From an uncultured archaeon (lineage in GTDB: Archaea > Asgardarchaeota > Thorarchaeia > Thorarchaeales > Thorarchaeaceae), in assembly GCA_964354495.1 (NCBI GenBank), contig CAYHAA010000011.1, forward strand, positions 30,001-62,000: a DNA stretch of 32,000 bases, written 5' to 3'. Made by a program: the position numbers and the translations under genes. Positions 25,098 to 32,000 of the stretch are shown here, in pieces. Within the stretch, counting starts at the first letter, position 1, and each line of letters opens with the position of its first letter. The notes beneath the pieces are model-generated. The model saw only the letters and a program-made list of their open reading frames with translations. It was not told where the DNA came from and did not search any database.

Positions 25098-26357
25098 ATG
25101 AATCCGCAAGTCAATCCATGGGAGAATGTGTTGACGCAAATCCGTCACACCGCTGAAATCATGAAGCTCGATCCGAATATTACGAGGATAATAGAAAAGC
25201 CTCAGAAAACGGTAATAACGAACTTTCCTGTGACGATGGACGATGGTCGCGTGGAGATGTTCGAGGGTTACAGAGTGCAGCACTCGAACCACCGTGGTCC
25301 ATGCAAGGGCGGTGTGCGATTTTCGCCAACTGTAAGTCTGGATGAGGTAAAGGCTTTGGCAGCGTTGATGACCTTCAAGACCGCAGTTGTGAATCTGCCC
25401 TATGGTGGTTCAAAGGGCGGCGTTATTTGCGATCCTTGGAAGCTTAGTAAGAATGAACTAATGCGCATTACCAGACGGTTCACACACAGCCTCATGGGCG
25501 AAATAGGTCCCGAGATTGACATTCCGGCTCCCGACATGAATACCAATCCCCAAATCATGTCTTGGATGCTCGATACATACTCTATGATGGTCGGTCACAC
25601 TGAGCTTGGTGTTGTGACTGGCAAGCCTGTTGAGATTGGCGGCAGCCTTGGCAGAACCGAGGCTACTGGAAGAGGCGTATTCACAGTAATGGATGAAGCT
25701 GTCAAGCTCAAGAAGAAGAAGAAGGCGGGCCTCACGATTGCCCTGCAAGGCTTTGGTAACGTCGCCAGCAATTTTGCTAAGATTGCCCATGAGAATGGCT
25801 ACAAGGTAACAGCAATTGCTGATGCTTTCGGAGGAGTGTATGATCCCACTGGTCTTGATATTCCCAAAATACTGGAGTATGCATCCAAGCATCCCAAGAA
25901 GTCCGTGGAAGGATTCCCAAAGATTGATACGATTTCCAACGAAGACCTTCTTGAACTCGATGTAGATATTCTTGCACCATGTGCCCTTGAGCATCAAATC
26001 ACTGAGAAGAATGCAGACAATGTGAAGGCTGAGCTGATTGTAGAGGGCGCAAACGGGCCAACGACACCCGGTGCTGATGATGTGTTGAATGAGAAAGACA
26101 TCATGGTTATCCCTGACATTCTAGCGAATGCGGGAGGCGTGACAGTTTCCTACTTTGAATGGGTACAGGGGATTGCATACCTCTTTTGGGACGAGCAGGA
26201 AGTGAATGATAGACTGAAGAGAGTTATGAGCAAGTCCTTCGCAGAGGTCCGTGCATCGAAAGACAAATACAAGGTCAAGGACCTGAGGACTGCAGCAATG
26301 GCTCTCGCAGTCGAGAAGATAGCGAAAGTCATTGAACTGAGAGGAATCTTCCCGTAA
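25098..26357 (+). CDS. gdhA: Glutamate dehydrogenase (Glu/Leu/Phe/Val dehydrogenase family)
   Basis: GYRVQH, KGGVRF, GGSKGG, DIPAPDMNT, QGFGNV, EGANGPTT and NAGGVTVSYFEW. Start placed at ATG 25098, 6 nt after GGAG, giving 419 aa. Confidence 0.96.
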   Translation: MNPQVNPWENVLTQIRHTAEIMKLDPNITRIIEKPQKTVITNFPVTMDDGRVEMFEGYRVQHSNHRGPCKGGVRFSPTVSLDEVKALAALMTFKTAVVNLPYGGSKGGVICDPWKLSKNELMRITRRFTHSLMGEIGPEIDIPAPDMNTNPQIMSWMLDTYSMMVGHTELGVVTGKPVEIGGSLGRTEATGRGVFTVMDEAVKLKKKKKAGLTIALQGFGNVASNFAKIAHENGYKVTAIADAFGGVYDPTGLDIPKILEYASKHPKKSVEGFPKIDTISNEDLLELDVDILAPCALEHQITEKNADNVKAELIVEGANGPTTPGADDVLNEKDIMVIPDILANAGGVTVSYFEWVQGIAYLFWDEQEVNDRLKRVMSKSFAEVRASKDKYKVKDLRTAAMALAVEKIAKVIELRGIFP

Positions 26358-26448
26358 GAGATCCAATCAGAACAGACTCTTCCATGGGTAATCTTGGGAA
26401 ATGTATGCACTTGGGAATCAGGCAATCCCTAATGCGGAACCCGAGCGA

Positions 26449-26494
26449 ATAGGTTGGACTAAGTGGTTCAAACCAGCCAGCTGGTCCAACCTAT
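26449..26494 (+). terminator. Long stem-loop downstream of gdhA (terminator or RNA-stability element)
   Basis: Perfect 11-bp arms ATAGGTTGGAC / GTCCAACCTAT, inner hairpin TGGT-TCAA-ACCA, followed by CTCATTTT. Confidence 0.5.
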
Positions 26495-26691
26495 CTCATT
26501 TTCACAAACCATAACCTACCTAACGATATCTCAAAATCCCATAGCAGTTTTGCGAGTTCAAGCAAAACACAGAATCCGATGAGCTTCTGAACTATTAGTA
26601 GGACGAGTTGAGCGGATAATGAGGAGAGAGGAAATCAATTAAGAGAGCGCGAATGGTCCTCTATCAACCTCGTTAGATCAACTCGACAGAG

Positions 26692-27529
26692 ATGCTTCAA
26701 TTGATAGAGATGAAAGGCGAGAACCTAATCGGTGTGTTCAAGGATGCTGGTGCCGAGATTGTCAAGAGGCTTTCCAAATACAAGTCTGTTGTCGGCGCCC
26801 TGTTTACTGGAGGTATCGTACGAGGATTCGCAGACAAATACTCGGATCTCGATGTTCTGCTATTCCTCGAACACGATGATGCCACTGTCCGTTCCTCAGT
26901 TCGGGCTCTTGCCAAGGAGATTGAACATCGATTCTCTGTTGAGACGGACATTGAGGTTCATGTTTTGGATGCATACATGCAGGGCGACTGGGATGAATAC
27001 CTAAAGTGGGACTTGTCGAATAGCATGGTTGTGTTAGACAGGCATGGCAGACTCCCCGAGCTTCTCAAGAAGAAGCTAGCAGTGGCAGAGGAAGAGTGGC
27101 AACTTCGAATTGCGAAATCGATGATTTACATCTCTTGGTACTGCTTCCCTGAGAGAGAGCATGTGCCATCAATGATTGATTTGTGGTCTGACAGAGGGTG
27201 ATTCTGCATCAGCTCAGTATGCAGTGAGCTATGCGCTTGAGCTAATCCTTGGACTGCTCTACACTCTGAATCGCTCTTTTCTGCCCGCACCCAAATGGAG
27301 GTTCTACTACATTGGCCAGCTCGCTTGGCTTCCCAAGATTTGTGCTGATGCTCTGAGGGATGCAATGTTGATTCGAGAGATCTCGACAAAAGATGCTCAA
27401 CGTAGAGCGAGGAACTTAGCTCCCGTTTGGCATGAGATACTCAACCGCTTTCATGACGGATTCAGAATGGATTCTGAAGTGGCCAAGAGGCTCTATTTAG
27501 AAACAATCCTACATTTGCCGCTTGAGTAG
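26692..27529 (+). pseudogene. Pol-beta-superfamily nucleotidyltransferase with a helical C-terminal domain, split by a one-base frameshift
   Basis: GGIVRGFADKYSDLDV motif. Frame 1 stops at TGA 27199-27201. Removing one G from GGG 27196-27198 gives LWSDRG-DSASAQY...FLPAPKW, continuing to 27529. Start could be 26692 or 26710. Confidence 0.8.
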
Positions 27530-27729
27530 GTCGTCGACAATGAAGGAAGAAGGCTTTGCCATCTATGGTTTATTCGTTTGCCTCCTGTCGAGGCATGATA
27601 GACGTCGCCACGAAGCGTCTGACAATATGAAGGTCACGTCGTATGGACACAATATGAATATTAGTCACACAGTTCTAGGTGCCGATTCCCTTATCTTGCC
27701 TAGAGAGAGTATTTGCTTGGTTGGAGATA

Positions 27730-28344
27730 TTGGAGAACTCAAGTAACTCGTCGTCGGATATCCGCAAGCTTGGAAGGTACTTTGTGCATGGTTTGATCCT
27801 GGGTGTAGTGGTGTTCGCAGCTTCAGTAGGTATGATGCTAATAGGCATGGGCTATTCTTTTCAAACGTACCTGCTTCTTGGTTCCTCATTGGTTGGCGCC
27901 GCTTTCCACGCGATAATATTTGCGCTTACAGGAGGTATGAATCAAGCGCTTGCAGAGAGATTCTGGGGTATTGATTGTGAGAAGAATATAGGGACAGGAA
28001 TGAGAGATGGATTTCTCGTATTCTTCCTCTTCAATATAGTCTTCCTCCCTGTTGGTTTGACCTTCGCAATTCCTCCTTGGTTGCATTGGATGCCATCGGC
28101 CATAGAAGTAGCTATCATTTTCTTGGTTGCCATTCCAATCTACATACTCCTGCTTGGGATTATAGGAGCAAAGACTGCTGTCTTTCTACATCAGGATAAA
28201 GAACCAGTAATGCCCTCTGATTTTGTCGAACGTAGCCATGAGTGTCCTCACTGCATGGCGCGATATTACTATGGGCCGGGCATAGAGAAAGAAGGAGTGG
28301 TAACCTGTCAGAACTGCGGCAAGCAGTTCTCTATCAATGAATGA
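27730..28344 (+). CDS. Multi-pass membrane protein with a C-terminal zinc ribbon
   Basis: 4-5 hydrophobic segments, then CPHC-x17-CQNC. TTG 27730 behind GGAG is preferred over the track GTG at 27679. Confidence 0.82.
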   Translation: MENSSNSSSDIRKLGRYFVHGLILGVVVFAASVGMMLIGMGYSFQTYLLLGSSLVGAAFHAIIFALTGGMNQALAERFWGIDCEKNIGTGMRDGFLVFFLFNIVFLPVGLTFAIPPWLHWMPSAIEVAIIFLVAIPIYILLLGIIGAKTAVFLHQDKEPVMPSDFVERSHECPHCMARYYYGPGIEKEGVVTCQNCGKQFSINE

Positions 28345-28440
28345 ATATGGTCCGCCCTCTGTTGAGGTTATGGTTTAGAGAGTTAACCCTTCTAACCCCT
28401 TCTATGGGAGTTTATCAATCCGGATAGAATACAGAAGAGT

Positions 28441-28986
28441 ATGAAACGGGCTGTCCAGATGAGGCTATCTGATTTTGACGAACCGAAAACAGACGCCGCT
28501 TCATCGAGTTCCCAGTTTCAGAAGGTAGAACGGTCCAAACCTAGCACTTCAACTCCCCTAGATCAAAAGCGTTCAAAATCCCAGCTATGGAGCAAGACGG
28601 TCAAAGAAGATGAGGAATGGGGCGTCTGTAACCTGGATGACACGGTAATACTAGTCCGCATAGATAACAACCGCATTCACGCCTATGGTGAAGAGGCAGT
28701 CTGTAAATGGTGTGGAGGCGCTCTCGAAATTCGTGATGACAAGATCTTCTGCACTGGAGCCTGCAAGAGATACCAGGGGGAGTTCTCAAGAAACCTCAAT
28801 GCGTTTCTCTGGTGGGAGGGTGTCAAATCTTACACTCTCAGAAAGACAGTGGCTGAAACAGAGCACCTTGAGCTGGAGCCCAGAGACCGTGACCCAATCT
28901 CGTATGCTCCAAACTGGTCTGTACTCTACGAGTATGAGGATGAATCATATGAGGACTCCGACAATCCGGACATCTCGGAAGAGTAA
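28441..28986 (+). CDS. Hypothetical zinc-finger-like protein with an acidic tail
   Basis: CKWC-x12-CTGAC, Ser-rich N-terminus, EDESYEDSDNPDISEE C-terminus. TTTATCAA about 25 nt upstream. Confidence 0.8.
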   Translation: MKRAVQMRLSDFDEPKTDAASSSSQFQKVERSKPSTSTPLDQKRSKSQLWSKTVKEDEEWGVCNLDDTVILVRIDNNRIHAYGEEAVCKWCGGALEIRDDKIFCTGACKRYQGEFSRNLNAFLWWEGVKSYTLRKTVAETEHLELEPRDRDPISYAPNWSVLYEYEDESYEDSDNPDISEE

Positions 28987-29029
28987 TTAGAGCGATTGCG
29001 CAGCGTTGGAAACCATTTGGTGATTCAAT

Positions 29030-29383
29030 ATGAGTGAAATACCAATGCCTGGAACAAGTAAAGGAGCAAGACCAAAAGAAGTGACATACGCCGGTTTTCT
29101 TATCCTACTTGAGGCAATAGTCGGCCTCATAGTTGGCGGCATCAACTACTACATGTGGGAAGACGAGTTGGCACTCCTTGGAATTGTGCTCGCTGTGATT
29201 GCCTTTTGGCTATACACGATGATTCTGAAACAGGACTACTCCGCATGGATGATGTGTGTGATTTTCAATATCATTGCAATCTTCCTCTATGCGACAGGCA
29301 GCAACTGGCCTGGAGTGGCACTGAGCGCAATCTGCTTCTTCTATCTGATAATGCCCAACGTGAAAGTCCACTTCACGAAATGA
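29030..29383 (+). CDS. Small membrane protein (about 4 TM)
   Basis: 117 aa, hydrophobic, with GGTGA upstream. Confidence 0.82.
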   Translation: MSEIPMPGTSKGARPKEVTYAGFLILLEAIVGLIVGGINYYMWEDELALLGIVLAVIAFWLYTMILKQDYSAWMMCVIFNIIAIFLYATGSNWPGVALSAICFFYLIMPNVKVHFTK

Positions 29384-29485
29384 TAGCATAGGCTGGTCTT
29401 CCAGCCTCTCTCTTTTTCGCTTCTACCTTGGCGCAGGCAAATCCAGGTTTAGGTACGATGAAGAATCCATAATCCCTCGGTTCTT

Positions 29486-29626
29486 ATGATACTCTCGGTG
29501 ACAGTCCTGGGTTCCGGTCAGCCTTTGGACATGTTCCTTGTCGTCTGGGTCGGATCGATGACAGCTATTGCTGTTGGCGGTTTCGTTGTCGCAATGATGA
29601 GAAGGAGAACACCCAGAGGTGTCTGA
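29486..29626 (+). other. 46-codon ORF resembling an isolated surface-protein membrane anchor (gene remnant or microprotein)
   Basis: MILSVTVLGSGQPLDMFLVVWVGSMTAIAVGGFVVAMMRRRTPRGV*: beta-strand, linker, TM helix and basic tail. A hairpin starts on the base after the stop. Confidence 0.45.
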
Positions 29627-30543
29627 GGTTGAGGGTCTCGTCCCTCAACCGGATTCTTTTCATACAGTAGGAATTTGCGTCCGATGAACTCCTCATGAAC
29701 ATAGCCCAGACCGAATGCCCACTCTGAGGGACCCAGTCCGAGGAAGAACACAGCTCTGTCGGCCTTAGAAGCAATGACCTCGTCGAGAATTCTAGACATT
29801 ATATCAACGAAGACTGATCTATCAGTGGCGAAGACCGAGGAAACTACGGTGAATTCATCAGGGCGGTGTCTGTCTACTCCGTAATACAGTCCCTGTGCAC
29901 TGCCTGCCTCGTCAATAATGACCTTGAACTCTGTCTGTTTTCCAAGACGCTCAATTCCCTCTTGGTTCTTGAAGTCAAACTCCCATGCTAGCGGCATTGT
30001 GGCACTCGGCACCAAATCAGGATTCTGAGCCAAGATATCAAACAGCCGCGAAGGGCTCACTTTGAGCGGCACGATGCTAGGACTTGGTTTCGGATGCTCA
30101 GGGAATGGCTTTTCCAATCTGAGAGAGCCGACGCTGTTGGCTCGATGGAACCCCAGTTTCTCTGCAACCTTCTGTGATCCTTCATTCTGGGATCCGGTTA
30201 CATACCATAGTGTCCTCACCTGCTTCTCCACGGCACGTTGAATGATGGCCTCGGTGATTTTGGTGCCATAACCTTTCTGCTGAAACGCTTCCCTCACTCG
30301 TAGTCCCTGTACCCAAGCAATGTCTGTTCCTTCGATAGTTTCAAGGTTGCAGAGTGCAACGAGCTCCTTTCCCTCAAAGATACCTAATACATTGCCATGG
30401 GGGTCCTTGACCCACGTTGGGAAGGTAGTCGGAACATAGTCATTGCCCTCCCAAATGGTCGCGCAGAGATTGTTGACTTGGTCTTGGTCTTTGATTTTGA
30501 GCTCACGGAGGCTGCTTGGCATGCGACTCTGGTCAGCATGCAT
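29518..30543 (-). CDS. GNAT-family N-acetyltransferase with an atypical ~45-aa C-terminal tail
   Basis: WVQGLRV-x4-QQKGYG acetyl-CoA motif A. Alternative start at ATG 30522. Confidence 0.9.
   Translation of the reverse strand: MHADQSRMPSSLRELKIKDQDQVNNLCATIWEGNDYVPTTFPTWVKDPHGNVLGIFEGKELVALCNLETIEGTDIAWVQGLRVREAFQQKGYGTKITEAIIQRAVEKQVRTLWYVTGSQNEGSQKVAEKLGFHRANSVGSLRLEKPFPEHPKPSPSIVPLKVSPSRLFDILAQNPDLVPSATMPLAWEFDFKNQEGIERLGKQTEFKVIIDEAGSAQGLYYGVDRHRPDEFTVVSSVFATDRSVFVDIMSRILDEVIASKADRAVFFLGLGPSEWAFGLGYVHEEFIGRKFLLYEKNPVEGRDPQPQTPLGVLLLIIATTKPPTAIAVIDPTQTTRNMSKG
29627..29650 (+). terminator. 9-bp hairpin followed by a T-tract
   Basis: GGTTGAGGG-TCTCGT-CCCTCAACC, then GGATTCTTTT. Confidence 0.5.
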
Positions 30544-30692
30544 TGCTTAAGAACCGTATGACATGGTCTCGCATTGCAGTATCAAATTACCTTTTCGATT
30601 CATCATCGTTCACAACTGTCACGGTTGCACGAGTATGCAGCCGCCAACGTCTTATTCTCTCAGAACAGAAGGATATCCGAGGCGGATGTCAT

Positions 30693-31199
30693 ATGGAGAT
30701 CGTGGAGCTAGCTGGCATAAACAGACAGGAACTGCGAGCCTTTGTCGATGAGGTTCCATCAATATGGCAGAAGAAGAGTGGCGTCTTGGATCCGGGAATG
30801 AACCCTCTTTTGCGCAACTTTGGAGAGAAGGGTAACCTGCTGTTCGGTGTTCATGTGTACAATATGGGACCACAGTGTGTCGCAGTCATTCTAACAGAGC
30901 ACGATGACGATTCAAACAGAGGGACGATGAGAATCCACATGGCAACACTCGCAGGCTTTGGTGGTCCTTCGGAATGGGTGCGTGGAGAGAAGAAACATCG
31001 CGATGCCATTGACGCGTGCATGGATGAAACACTAGATGTAGTGAGAGCGCAGTACAGCAGAGACTCGAGCTGGCGCGGTATGAGTGTCAAGTGTCCCAGC
31101 TGCGGGGCTTCTTATTTCGTTTCTCGCCGGATGGTGGACAGAGAAGGAAAGACCAGGTGCCAGAACTGTGACAAAATCGTGTCCGCTATTGGAGACTAA
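30693..31199 (+). CDS. Hypothetical protein (168 aa) with a C-terminal zinc ribbon
   Basis: Start moved to ATG 30693 (the track start overlaps the GNAT gene). CPSC-x18-CQNC. Confidence 0.85.
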   Translation: MEIVELAGINRQELRAFVDEVPSIWQKKSGVLDPGMNPLLRNFGEKGNLLFGVHVYNMGPQCVAVILTEHDDDSNRGTMRIHMATLAGFGGPSEWVRGEKKHRDAIDACMDETLDVVRAQYSRDSSWRGMSVKCPSCGASYFVSRRMVDREGKTRCQNCDKIVSAIGD

Positions 31200-31293
31200 A
31201 ATCAGCGAAATGAGAAGCACCTGAAGAGCCTATTCAGAGCAGTAGAGATTCGAGTGGTTCTAGCAATGGCTAGCGTGGCATGGCTCTGCTGCA

Positions 31294-32000
31294 TCAAGCA
31301 GGTTTCTGAAAGATAAGGCAGTAGTGATGGTGCACATTGGATACATATGTAGTAGGGTAACCCCAACAGCCGAGCTTCTTGTTGTCTTGGCACCAGATCA
31401 TCTCTTGGCGCAGTTCATAATCTTCAGATACCCTCCTTGCCAGGTCCCATGCAATAGGTTTCAATAATCCATCAACATCTCTCATGTTTTGAACAACAAC
31501 GGTGAGATACGCCCTATCTCTTAGTAATGGCATTAGCCCACCGAACAACGAACCCAGGACCTCGATGTACTCTTTGTATGACGCAATGTTCCCAAGGTCT
31601 TTCTCAGAATCACTATAGTATTGTTTCAGTCCTTGTCGTCCCCTTGCCCTTTGAGCCGAGTCGTTTCCTCCACGAGACTTCCGAAGCATGTCCCAATAGG
31701 GTGGGGATGTGATGAGATAATCAAAGACAGGTAAAGACTCTCTGAATTCTTCAGCGATAATCCTCTCTGCCTCTCTTGTATCTCCAACAAGCAGATGCTG
31801 TTCTCCATTCCCCCTTGTTGTCAGGATTTCTTTCAGCCCAGACTCTACAAACTCTCCATGTAGCTCAATTCCAACGGCATTTCGCGATAACTCCTTGCAT
31901 GCAATAAGCGTGCTTCCAACTCCCGCGAACGGGTCCAGGACCCAACTCCCTCTCTTGGTAAAGAAACTAATGAAGCGCTGCACAAGTTCCTCTGGAAACT
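31294..32000 (-). CDS. N4/N6 amino DNA methyltransferase (5' end beyond the right edge)
   Basis: FPEELV...VLDPFAGVGST (motif I) precedes LITSPPYW (motif IV). The frame is open to the window edge. Confidence 0.88.
   Translation of the reverse strand, partial: FPEELVQRFISFFTKRGSWVLDPFAGVGSTLIACKELSRNAVGIELHGEFVESGLKEILTTRGNGEQHLLVGDTREAERIIAEEFRESLPVFDYLITSPPYWDMLRKSRGGNDSAQRARGRQGLKQYYSDSEKDLGNIASYKEYIEVLGSLFGGLMPLLRDRAYLTVVVQNMRDVDGLLKPIAWDLARRVSEDYELRQEMIWCQDNKKLGCWGYPTTYVSNVHHHYCLIFQKPA

Noticed and set aside
26443-26497. SECIS element or tRNA (GGTTCAAAC resembles a T-loop)
   Set aside because: gdhA has no in-frame TGA and there is no AUGA/GA core. The T-stem does not extend beyond 1 bp and there is no cloverleaf.
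27199-27201. Selenocysteine read-through of the TGA in the nucleotidyltransferase
   Set aside because: Read-through in the same frame gives unrelated sequence and another stop soon after; the protein-like continuation is in a different frame.
30516-30692. N-terminal 59-aa extension of the zinc-ribbon protein
   Set aside because: It overlaps the start of the divergent GNAT gene and covers the shared promoter region.
31986-31999. ORB-like GTTCCTCTGGAAAC (12/14 match to GTTCCAGTGGAAAC)
   Set aside because: It is single, lacks a G-string, and is explained by the conserved FPEEL codons of the methyltransferase.

Overview
Archaeal chromosomal DNA, most likely Asgard (Thorarchaeota-like). This is an inference from the geranylgeranyl reductase, the DUF106 insertase, archaeal TATA boxes, and a large surface protein with an Ig-like domain, C-terminal TM helix and basic tail. 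There are about 33 credible CDS. Housekeeping and metabolic genes: pfkA, gdhA, corA, GGR, a DAO-family oxidoreductase, DUF362, LysE, an ECF S component, DUF389, DinB, GNAT, a SAM methyltransferase and a partial DNA methyltransferase. I see no rRNA, tRNA, CRISPR array or mobile element. Most interesting points: (1) a GTACACGY motif clustered 9 times in two divergent intergenic regions; (2) a 1.7 kb gene-poor region with an AT-rich core and a perfect 18-bp palindrome; (3) a signalling locus of three stand-alone receiver domains and a TPR protein ending in C-x10-C-x10-C-x10-C, with no kinase in the window; (4) a signal-peptide-less six-repeat FG-GAP-like beta-propeller; (5) a candidate structured RNA upstream of DUF362; (6) a frameshifted nucleotidyltransferase; (7) an orphan membrane-anchor mini-ORF antisense to the GNAT tail. 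All family assignments come from motif recognition by eye; no database search was run.
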